Source: Patescibacteria group bacterium
GTDB lineage: Bacteria > Patescibacteriota > Minisyncoccia > Phycocordibacterales > UBA918
Assembly: GCA_040386275.1 (NCBI GenBank)
Contig: JAZKFU010000009.1
Span: 22,367 to 86,366, forward strand
Length of the DNA: 64,000 nt
Direction: 5' to 3'
Shown: one piece after another, positions 8,484-15,719 of the stretch
Position numbering within the stretch: position 1 is the stretch's first letter
Layout of the letters: each line of letters opens with the position of its first letter
Program-made: the position numbers and the translations under genes
The notes under the pieces: model-generated
What the model was told of the DNA's origin: nothing
What the model saw: the letters and a program-made list of their open reading frames with translations, nothing else
Database searches by the model: none

Positions 8484-10184
8484 ATGGCTACAGAAAATAA
8501 ACCGTGGGACTGGGTAAATGATAATACACGCGCTTTTATGGCTCGTGGGTATTTGGTGGAAGGGCAGACAACCGAAGAACGCGTGCGGGCCATTGCAGAA
8601 TTTGCTGAAAGCATTCTCGGCCAAAAAGGCTTTGCGGAAAAATTTGAAAAATACATGAGTCTCGGGTGGATTTCACTTGCGACACCAGTGTGGGCCAACT
8701 TTGGACTTAAGCGGGGACTGCCGATTAGTTGCTTTGGTTCGTTTGTCGGAGATGATATGGCCAACATTTTGCATACGCAAAGTGAAGTAGGCATGATGAG
8801 TAAATACGGTGGTGGGTGTTCAGCGTACTTTGGCGCGTTGCGTCCTCGTGGAGCAGAGATTACCCAAAATGGCTACTCATCAGGGCCGGTGCATTTTATG
8901 CAGTTGTTTGAAAAGATTCTTGATGTCGTCAGTCAAGGAGCAACTCGTCGCGGCGTGTTTGCTGCGTACTTGCCGGTAGAACATCCAGATATTAATGAAT
9001 TCCTTGATATTGGTGCCGAAGGGAATCCAATTCAGAAAATCAATCACGCGGTTACGGTAACAGATGCCTGGATGCAAGCGATGATTGATGGCGATGAAGA
9101 GAAGCGAAAAGTGTGGGCTAAAATCATTCAACGTCGTGGTGAAATTGGGTATCCGTATATCATGTTTATTGATAACGCCAATAACGCTCGCCCACAGGTA
9201 TACAAAGACAAAGAACTACCAATTTACGCCAGTAACGTGTGTAGTGAAATCATGCTTCCGAGTAACAAAGAGTGGTCATTTGTGTGTTGTCTCTCATCAA
9301 TTAACCTCTTGCACTACGATGAGTGGAAAGACACTGACCTTGTTGAAACGATGACCTACTTCCTTGAAGCAGTCATGACAGACTTTGTGAATAAGCTCGA
9401 AGCGATGCGTGATTCCGAAGAAGAGGAAAAGCGTCTGGCGTTTAAATTTATGGAGCGACCATACAATTTTGCGAAAGCTAACCGAGCGCTCGGATTAGGG
9501 GTGCTTGGGTACCACTCGTTGTTACAAAGTAAGGGTCTGGCGTTTGAAAGTGATGAAGCCATAGCAATTAACAACGAAGTCTTTAAGTTAATGCAAGAAC
9601 GCTCATTTAAAGCGTCTGAAGCCATGGCCAAGGAATTTGGTGAACCAGAAGTACTCAAAGGCTACGGACGCCGTCACACGACGACTATGGCTATTGCGCC
9701 AACGACATCATCGGCCTTTATCTTGGGTCAGGTATCACAAGGTATCGAACCAATCTGGAGTAACTGCTACATCAAAGACGTAGCCAAGATGAAAGTCGTT
9801 ATCAAAAACCCGATGCTCATTACCTTGCTCGCTGAGAAGGGGAAGGACACTAAAGAAGTGTGGGACAGTATCCGCGACGCCGACGGATCAGTACAGCACC
9901 TAGATTTCTTAAGTGATGATGAAAAAGCGGTCTTCCGAACTTTCGCCGAAATTGATCAAAATAAAATCATTGAACAAGCTGCTGAACGACAAAAGTTTAT
10001 CGACCAAGGCCAGTCGCTCAACGTGATGGTAGCGCCCGATACACCAGTAAAAGACATCAACCGTCTCTACCTCCAAGCCTGGAAGCAAGGCTGTAAAGCG
10101 CTTTACTATCAACACAGTATGAATGCCGCGCAACAGCTTACTCGAAAGAAGATTGCGGAACGGAATGCTGTAAAAGGGGAGTAA
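8484..10184 (+). CDS. nrdA: class I ribonucleotide reductase catalytic subunit NrdA, short form lacking an ATP-cone
   Basis: Active-site motif SNVCSEIMLP (N-x-C-x-E); the 566-aa protein starts directly in the catalytic barrel. Confidence 0.85.
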   Translation: MATENKPWDWVNDNTRAFMARGYLVEGQTTEERVRAIAEFAESILGQKGFAEKFEKYMSLGWISLATPVWANFGLKRGLPISCFGSFVGDDMANILHTQSEVGMMSKYGGGCSAYFGALRPRGAEITQNGYSSGPVHFMQLFEKILDVVSQGATRRGVFAAYLPVEHPDINEFLDIGAEGNPIQKINHAVTVTDAWMQAMIDGDEEKRKVWAKIIQRRGEIGYPYIMFIDNANNARPQVYKDKELPIYASNVCSEIMLPSNKEWSFVCCLSSINLLHYDEWKDTDLVETMTYFLEAVMTDFVNKLEAMRDSEEEEKRLAFKFMERPYNFAKANRALGLGVLGYHSLLQSKGLAFESDEAIAINNEVFKLMQERSFKASEAMAKEFGEPEVLKGYGRRHTTTMAIAPTTSSAFILGQVSQGIEPIWSNCYIKDVAKMKVVIKNPMLITLLAEKGKDTKEVWDSIRDADGSVQHLDFLSDDEKAVFRTFAEIDQNKIIEQAAERQKFIDQGQSLNVMVAPDTPVKDINRLYLQAWKQGCKALYYQHSMNAAQQLTRKKIAERNAVKGE

Positions 10185-10203
10185 TTTTCCCAAAAAATGA
10201 TAA

Positions 10204-10232
10204 AAGAGTCCCGGTAACACCGGGCTCTTTTT
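10204..10232 (+). terminator. intrinsic terminator after nrdA
   Basis: gagtcccgg taaca ccgggctc tttttt. Confidence 0.7.
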
Positions 10233-10325
10233 TAAAAAAAGGTATTTTGACGAGTTACCCCCAAACCCCTGGTGATATGTGACTTTAGTCGCGGGGGTGG
10301 TCATGTATGATAGAGGTAAGAGAAA

Positions 10326-10390
10326 AAGCGGTCTTAAGCAGGGGCTACGTTTCGCGACGACATAGCCCCCGCTTAGTACCGCTTTTTTGT
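10326..10390 (+). terminator. second nested hairpin followed by a T-run, between nrdA and the metalloprotease gene
   Basis: gcggt...ggggcta...tagcccc...accgc tttttt. Confidence 0.5.
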
Positions 10391-10442
10391 TACTCGGTAT
10401 TTTGTAATACCGAATTAGTGGCTAATTTGGTAGAATACCTGT

Positions 10443-11393
10443 ATGCGTATCCCGTTCTTACTTGTACTCCTCACTACAATTATATTTTGTGGTTGGTATT
10501 TTTATAGTATCGCTGGCCCGTGTGTCGTACCGCAGACCTATGCGCTTGGGGCTATTGATCCGCGATTTAAGTTATCAAGTTCTACCATAGAAACCCTTTT
10601 GTCTGAGGCGACAGATGTGTGGGAGGCAAAAATTGGTCGAGAATTGTTTACCTACGACCCCGATTCAAACTTTAAAATTGAGTTTATTTATGATGAGCGG
10701 CAAGCCACCAGTGATAACGCTGAAACCCAAAAAGAAGTGCTGTCAGAGAAAGAGGCTATGAGTAAAAAAATTAGTGAAGAGTACACCAAATTGGTTAGTG
10801 AGTATGATGCCTTAAAAAAAGAGTATGACGCCGATGTAAGTGGGTATCAAAACCGGCTGGCTTCGTTTAACGCCACGGTGGAAAAATATAACAACGAGGG
10901 TGGGGCTCCTGCCGACGAGTATGCCCAGTTACAAAAAACTGAAAAGGCACTTAAAGCCCAAGAGCGAACTCTTGAAACTACTGCCGCAACATTATCTGGT
11001 ATTGCCAAGAACATTAATCGCCTCAGTGAAGAGGGGAATGCGGTTATTTCAGAATACAACCAAGGAGTAAATCGTTTTAACCAAAACTACACCGGAGGGG
11101 AAGAATTTACCCAGGGGGATTATACTGGTACGGCAATTCATATCTACCACTTTAAAGATACTAACGAACTCAAGAACGTATTAATTCATGAATTTGGTCA
11201 TGCGCTTGGGCTCCCGCACGTTGAAGGAAGTGAGTCCATCATGTATTATTTGATGGATAAGCAACCAGCAACTTCGGAGCTCTCCCCAGAAGATTTGGCT
11301 GCTTTAGAAGGTATATGTTTACCTCCTGATAGCATCGTTCAACGATTGCATCGGCAATTTAGTTCTTTATTTATCAAAGCCAAATTAATATAA
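10443..11393 (+). CDS. matrixin-like (M10 family) zinc metalloprotease with N-terminal TM anchor
   Basis: HEFGHALGLPH (HExxHxxGxxH) followed by the Met-turn SIMYY; coiled-coil Glu/Lys-rich middle. Confidence 0.7.
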   Translation: MRIPFLLVLLTTIIFCGWYFYSIAGPCVVPQTYALGAIDPRFKLSSSTIETLLSEATDVWEAKIGRELFTYDPDSNFKIEFIYDERQATSDNAETQKEVLSEKEAMSKKISEEYTKLVSEYDALKKEYDADVSGYQNRLASFNATVEKYNNEGGAPADEYAQLQKTEKALKAQERTLETTAATLSGIAKNINRLSEEGNAVISEYNQGVNRFNQNYTGGEEFTQGDYTGTAIHIYHFKDTNELKNVLIHEFGHALGLPHVEGSESIMYYLMDKQPATSELSPEDLAALEGICLPPDSIVQRLHRQFSSLFIKAKLI

Positions 11394-11396
11394 TGT

Positions 11397-12182
11397 ATGA
11401 ATTCAATATTTAACTCAAAGTTAAATCAGCTGCTTATTACGTTGGTACTCGCTGGAGCAACAATCGCCTTAATTGCGTTTGCCTACAGTACCATCAAGCA
11501 GCAAAACCAATGGGGAGGGCCCATGACCATTAATGTGACCGGAAAAGGTGAAGTGATGGCAAAGCCAGATATAGCCCAGTTTTCGTTTTCCGTACGAGCA
11601 GACGGTGCTGACGCCACTGAAGCCCAAAAGAAATCAGCTGATGCTATTAATGCCGTCACCGCGTACCTAAAAGAAAACGCGATTGAAGACAAAGATATCA
11701 AAACTGAAGGCTACAACATGAACCCAAAGTATAAGTATGAGCAAAAGCCATGCCTCTACGGTTCAATTTGTCCTCCGGGTGAACAAATACCTGACGGGTT
11801 TGAAGTATTTCAAACGGTGACGGTAAAAGTTCGGGATATTCAAAAAGCTGGCACACTCTTAGGCGGCGTAGGGGATAAGGGAGCCACTGATATTTCCGGT
11901 CTTAATTTCACCATTGATGATGAGGATGCCCTTAAAGCTCAAGCGCGCGAAATGGCGATAGCCGACGCTCAAGCCAATGCGGAAAAGCTAGCCGGTAACC
12001 TCAATGTTCGGATCGTAAAAATGATGAGTTACTACGAAGATTCTCCAGCCATGCCAATGTACGGCTACGGTGGCACCATGATGGATGCACAAGCTAAAAA
12101 TGCACCAATGGCTGCCCCAGAAATTTCAGTGGGGGAGAATAAGACTGTAAGCAACGTCACCATCACCTACGAAGTTAAGTAA
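11397..12182 (+). CDS. SIMPL-domain (DUF541) protein, membrane-anchored
   Basis: N-terminal TM; INVTGKGEV..KPD.A.FSFSV and the overall DUF541 pattern. Confidence 0.7.
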   Translation: MNSIFNSKLNQLLITLVLAGATIALIAFAYSTIKQQNQWGGPMTINVTGKGEVMAKPDIAQFSFSVRADGADATEAQKKSADAINAVTAYLKENAIEDKDIKTEGYNMNPKYKYEQKPCLYGSICPPGEQIPDGFEVFQTVTVKVRDIQKAGTLLGGVGDKGATDISGLNFTIDDEDALKAQAREMAIADAQANAEKLAGNLNVRIVKMMSYYEDSPAMPMYGYGGTMMDAQAKNAPMAAPEISVGENKTVSNVTITYEVK

Positions 12183-12183
12183 G

Positions 12184-12262
12184 CAAACGAGCGTAGCGAC
12201 TATTGCGAACTTAGTTCCGAATTTGCCCCTTCCCAGGGCAAATTCCTGGAACATGTTATCGT
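12184..12262. repeat. intergenic repeat family A, copy 1 (conserved 10-bp-stem hairpin)
   Basis: aaacgagcgtagcgactattgcgaac..ccGAATTTGCCCcttcccaGGGCAAATTCctggaac..atcgttg; two further copies at 44231 and 49213. Confidence 0.8.
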
Positions 12263-12436
12263 TGAAATAAGGTCATTTTCCTTGTACTTCTTACAGAAGC
12301 TGTCTACTCATTGGCTATTTTGCTTCGTAAGCTCACAAAATAACTCAATGAGTCTTGCGAAAGTGTTTAGACACTTTCTCACCTTGTATCTACAGCAAAA
12401 TTAAACTTTTTTGACAAAAAACCACTTTAAAGAAAG

Positions 12437-12466
12437 CACCCAAGGCTTTGCCTGGGGTGTTTTCTT
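12437..12466 (+). terminator. intrinsic terminator
   Basis: cacccaagg cttt gcctggggtg ttttctt. Confidence 0.7.
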
Positions 12467-12510
12467 ATGTTTTCTACTTTTCTCTATTCAATATTCCATT
12501 TTCTAAGGCT

Positions 12511-12539
12511 TTGACACTTGGGAAATGCAGGTGTATAGT
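12511..12539 (+). promoter_or_regulatory. sigma70-type promoter for secE-nusG
   Basis: TTGACA, 17-nt spacer, TATAGT. Confidence 0.6.
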
Positions 12540-12588
12540 TGACTGTAATCCGCCCCCGAGGCGTTTTTATTTTGGTTAATTATTTATC

Positions 12589-12777
12589 ATGCAACAATTC
12601 ACTCAATATCTCCGCGACACTGTAGCTGAGATGAAACAAGTAAAGTGGCCAACTCAAAATCAAGCGTTAATATATACCGCTTTGATTATTCTCGTGTGTA
12701 CCGTCATTGCGATTTTTGTCAGTATTTTCGACTTCATTTTTGCGTCAGGCATCGACTTTATTATTAATCGTTTCTAA
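12589..12777 (+). CDS. secE: preprotein translocase subunit SecE
   Basis: 62 aa; KQVKWPT motif and one C-terminal TM helix; directly upstream of nusG. Confidence 0.85.
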   Translation: MQQFTQYLRDTVAEMKQVKWPTQNQALIYTALIILVCTVIAIFVSIFDFIFASGIDFIINRF

Positions 12778-12783
12778 TACTCT

Positions 12784-13329
12784 ATGGCTAAACAACAATT
12801 CACCGGCGAACGACACTGGTACGCCATCCATACTTACTCTGGATACGAAAACGCCGTTGCGCGTAACCTGAAACAGCGTATTGAATCCCTCAACATGACG
12901 GAGAAAATTTTTAACGTGGTCGTGCCTTCAGAAAAGAAAATTCGCGTAAAAGGGGGAAAGCGAGTAACTGAAGAAGAGAACCTATTTCCGGGGTACGTGC
13001 TCGTTGAAATGGTAGTAGATGATGAGTCATGGTACGTTGTGCGAAACACACCGCGCGTAACGGGATTTGTGGGTAGTGGGACACAACCAGTACCGCTCTC
13101 AGAATCAGAATACAAAGCGCTCCTCAGTCAAATGAGTGATGACTCAGCTACACACAAGGTAGATCTTTCAGCGGGTGATCTCGTAATGATTACTGATGGT
13201 CCGTTTAAGGAGTTAGAAGGAAAGGTAAGTGACGTTGATGAAAAGACTGGAAAAGTGAAAGTATTAGTGGCGATGTTTGGGCGGGAGACTCCGGTCGAAC
13301 TCGACTTTCTCCAGATCAAAAAGGTATAA
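12784..13329 (+). CDS. nusG: transcription termination/antitermination factor NusG
   Basis: N-terminal WYAIHTYSGYENAV and C-terminal KOW (GDLVMITDGPFKELEGKV). Confidence 0.9.
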   Translation: MAKQQFTGERHWYAIHTYSGYENAVARNLKQRIESLNMTEKIFNVVVPSEKKIRVKGGKRVTEEENLFPGYVLVEMVVDDESWYVVRNTPRVTGFVGSGTQPVPLSESEYKALLSQMSDDSATHKVDLSAGDLVMITDGPFKELEGKVSDVDEKTGKVKVLVAMFGRETPVELDFLQIKKV

Positions 13330-13351
13330 ATCAAAACTCCTAAAATCGGCG

Positions 13352-13440
13352 ATTCGCGTTGTCGTTACGAAATTTTGTTCAGTCACCGTACAGTAGTACG
13401 GCTCCTTCTCAAAATTCCTAGACTCCTAGCGACTCATCCA
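13352..13440. repeat. intergenic repeat family B, copy 1 (ccgtac-loop-gtacgg hairpin element)
   Basis: gcgttg...tcaccgtac agta gtacggctc cttctcaaaattcc; further copies at 24815, 42762 and 43172. Confidence 0.75.
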
Positions 13441-13475
13441 ATTTAAGAAGTTTTAGGAAGTTGACTGAAATTAAG

Positions 13476-13509
13476 AAAACACCCCAGGCTACGCTTGGGG
13501 TGTTTTCTT
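13476..13509. terminator. bidirectional intrinsic terminator (nusG and the convergent small ORF)
   Basis: aaaacaccccaggc tacg cttggggtgttttctt. Confidence 0.75.
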
Positions 13510-13546
13510 AAATGAATATGACCCGCTGGATCATATCCATGTCGGG

Positions 13547-13717
13547 TCATTTTTTCACATCTTCTGGCTTGGGGTCTTCATCACCCGGAAACTTGAAGTG
13601 ATTTAGGATATCCATGGCCATTTTGGTACCTGCTTTGTTACGGCGTTCTGGTTTTTCTCGCCGTGCTTCCTGGTCACGAGCCAGCATTTCACGAATTTCT
13701 CTTTCGGTTGCAGCCAT
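13547..13717 (-). CDS. unannotated 56-aa basic/acidic protein (MAATEREIREMLARDQEARREKPERRNKAGTKMAMDILNHFKFPGDEDPKPEDVKK)
   Basis: Hand-translated; GGAGGT RBS 7 nt upstream of the ATG; ends at the bidirectional terminator; below the 60-aa cutoff of the ORF track. Confidence 0.4.
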   Translation of the reverse strand: MAATEREIREMLARDQEARREKPERRNKAGTKMAMDILNHFKFPGDEDPKPEDVKK

Positions 13718-13790
13718 TTTTACCTCCGTTGCATCTAGCTAATACTATAGCAACAATTATTTTAGCCGCAATGCTATTGGATTACTAGTA

Positions 13791-13826
13791 TTGACATGTA
13801 GCTACAAAAATATATAATGTAGCTAT
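13791..13826 (+). promoter_or_regulatory. promoter of the hicAB-like operon with paired palindromic operator boxes
   Basis: TTGACA, 16-nt spacer, TATAAT; the perfect 8-bp palindrome gtagctac at 13798-13805 and gtagctat at 13819-13826 flank the -10. Confidence 0.55.
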
Positions 13827-13845
13827 TACCATTTCGGTAATTTAC

Positions 13846-14091
13846 ATGACTCAAAAACAGAAATTAGTAGAAACTTTTCGGACCAATCCAGGCTCATTAA
13901 AGTTTAAACAGCTGGCAGCTGTACTTGAACATTATGGTTTTACCATGATTCAGGCTAAGGGCAGTCATGTAAAATTTAAACATCCAAAATTGTCTTCTGA
14001 TTTAATAATCCCAATTCATAACGGTGACTGCAAGGATTTTTATAAAAAAGAAGCATTAAAACGAGTTTCTGAAATCGAAAAAAATAAATAA
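13846..14091 (+). CDS. hicA: type II toxin HicA-family (YcfA-like mRNA interferase)
   Basis: 81 aa; LEHYGF...KGSHVKFKHP....IIPIHNG core typical of HicA. Confidence 0.7.
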   Translation: MTQKQKLVETFRTNPGSLKFKQLAAVLEHYGFTMIQAKGSHVKFKHPKLSSDLIIPIHNGDCKDFYKKEALKRVSEIEKNK

Positions 14092-14092
14092 T

Positions 14093-14407
14093 ATGGCTAC
14101 AACTTCAACTATCACCATTCAAAATAAAAAATATGAATATACTCTAAAACCTTCAAAGGAGAAGGGAGTTATTCGCTTTGTTTGCAAAGGAGCCAATATT
14201 GATCAAGACTTTCTTGCGGAAGATATTCCAACGTTAATTCTTGACTTGCCTAGACTCATTCTTGCTGAGCGAGCGTACCAGGACAATCAAACCGAAGTTG
14301 TTCGATTCCGTATCTCCTCAGAAGATAAGAAAAAAATTGAGAAAAAAGCGCTCGCTAGTGGTTTTGAGACCGTTTCTGATTATTTGCGTGCGCGAGCGCT
14401 AGCGTAG
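14093..14407 (+). CDS. hicB: cognate antitoxin (HicB-like) with a C-terminal ribbon-helix-helix
   Basis: Start 2 nt after the hicA stop; C-terminal RFRISSEDKKKIEKKALASGFETVSDYLRARAL resembles a CopG/RHH DNA-binding motif. Confidence 0.55.
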   Translation: MATTSTITIQNKKYEYTLKPSKEKGVIRFVCKGANIDQDFLAEDIPTLILDLPRLILAERAYQDNQTEVVRFRISSEDKKKIEKKALASGFETVSDYLRARALA

Positions 14408-14408
14408 G

Positions 14409-14436
14409 TTGCAAAAAGGCTGAATTCTTGTACAAT
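14409..14436 (+). promoter_or_regulatory. sigma70-type promoter for rplK
   Basis: TTGCAA, 16-nt spacer, TACAAT. Confidence 0.5.
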
Positions 14437-14516
14437 ACGCGAGCTTCAGGGATGGTGGTGGATATGGACATATATCACTTTCCCACACAACAAAAAGACT
14501 TTAATTAACAAACACT

Positions 14517-14939
14517 ATGGCTAAAAAACTCGTAAAGACAATCAAAGTACAGTCAAAAGGTGGTAAAGCTACACCAGCTCCACCGTTAGGACCGGTACTA
14601 GGACAAGCTGGTATTAATATCGGTGAATTCGTAAACCAATTTAACGAACAAACTCGTGACCGAATGGGGGAAGTAGTTCCAATCGTAATCTCTGTGTACG
14701 ATGACCGGACATTTACATTCGTAACTAAAACTTCACCAGCGTCACGACTTATCTTGAAAGCTATCGGAAAAGAAAAAGGTTCAAGTAAGAACAATCAATC
14801 AAAAGCGGGAAATATCACTAAAGCTCAAATCCGCGAAATCGCAGAAATCAAAGCCGTTGATATGACAGCCGCTTCAATTGAAACAGCGATGAAGAGTATT
14901 GAGGGAACTGCACGGTCAATGGGGGTTAATGTAATCTAA
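14517..14939 (+). CDS. rplK: 50S ribosomal protein L11
   Basis: MAKKLVKTIKVQSKGGKATPAPPLGPVLGQAGINI... is the canonical L11 N-terminus. Confidence 0.95.
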   Translation: MAKKLVKTIKVQSKGGKATPAPPLGPVLGQAGINIGEFVNQFNEQTRDRMGEVVPIVISVYDDRTFTFVTKTSPASRLILKAIGKEKGSSKNNQSKAGNITKAQIREIAEIKAVDMTAASIETAMKSIEGTARSMGVNVI

Positions 14940-14995
14940 ATTACATTAACCGACACTTTGAGATACTTTTGATTTTATGAAAAAAGTATCCAAAG

Positions 14996-15017
14996 GGTGT
15001 ACAGCTTCTGTAAGAAG
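14996..15017 (+). promoter_or_regulatory. conserved 22-nt motif ggtgtacAgcttctgtaagaag (copy 1, in the rplK 3' region)
   Basis: Near-identical copy at 58667-58688 downstream of rplL; both are preceded by ttgattt and contain a cttct-gta-agaag mini-hairpin. Confidence 0.5.
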
Positions 15018-15051
15018 TGAATGTAATTAATTAACATTTTAATTAATTTCA

Positions 15052-15077
15052 AAAAAGCGCCACAGGGCGTTTTTTTG
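15052..15077 (+). terminator. intrinsic terminator after rplK
   Basis: aaagcgcc acag ggcgtttt ttt. Confidence 0.65.
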
Positions 15078-15183
15078 TTGTGTTGTTCAAATAGAGTGCT
15101 CAGTGTAAGAAACGTCTCTTTACTGCGTCAAAGGGTTTAGAACCCTAGTATCGGGCAAATGTTCTATAACAAGAGGTGCAATC

Positions 15184-15549
15184 ATGAAGCCAGAAGTACG
15201 TCATACCACGTTCTTCAAGATGGGCGAATCCTTAGCAGTGTTTGCCCGCAAAGTAGTAGATGTTGATCAGGCAGAAGTGCTCGGTCACAAAGTGGTGCTC
15301 AAAGAAATACCGGTTGATGAGTCAGTGCAGGTGCAGGACATACAGCGACGGTTCTGGGCGGTAACTGAGTATCCGCCAGAATTGGTTAGTTGCCTCGGGC
15401 AGTTTACTCATGCGGTTCGTGGTACTTCAGACTATGAGGTTGGTCAGCCTAATGATGATGAGTCCCGCAAACTCTTTCGTTGGGCACAAGAAAAAGTAAA
15501 AGTTATCCTCTTTCCTGAACAAGAACAACCAGAAGCAACTCGGCTGTAA
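15184..15549 (+). CDS. hypothetical protein (island gene A), GC-rich
   Basis: 121-aa ORF; shares an upstream motif (ctgcgtcaaaggg) with island gene B. Confidence 0.45.
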   Translation: MKPEVRHTTFFKMGESLAVFARKVVDVDQAEVLGHKVVLKEIPVDESVQVQDIQRRFWAVTEYPPELVSCLGQFTHAVRGTSDYEVGQPNDDESRKLFRWAQEKVKVILFPEQEQPEATRL

Positions 15550-15719
15550 TGAGAATCCAGACTGGAGTTAGCCCCACTTTTTTGTGGGGTAATTTTTTTT
15601 ACTTAAGCAGAATCAGTAAAAAGTATCATTTTGTAAGAAAGAGGGAGTTGCTGCGTCAAAGGGAACAGACCGTACAAAATGTGCGTATCAAGCGCACAAA
15701 ATAGAGAAAGGGACAGAGA

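Noticed and set aside
8880-10304. Several antisense or overlapping ORFs inside nrdA (8880..9131-, 9085..9354+, 9356..9658-, 9909..10304-)
   Set aside because: They lie entirely within or opposite the well-supported nrdA frame and are typical shadow ORFs.
12270-12588. Expected tRNA-Trp upstream of secE
   Set aside because: No cloverleaf or T-loop (GGTTCGA) sequence is present. The region holds only repeat A, a terminator and the secE promoter.
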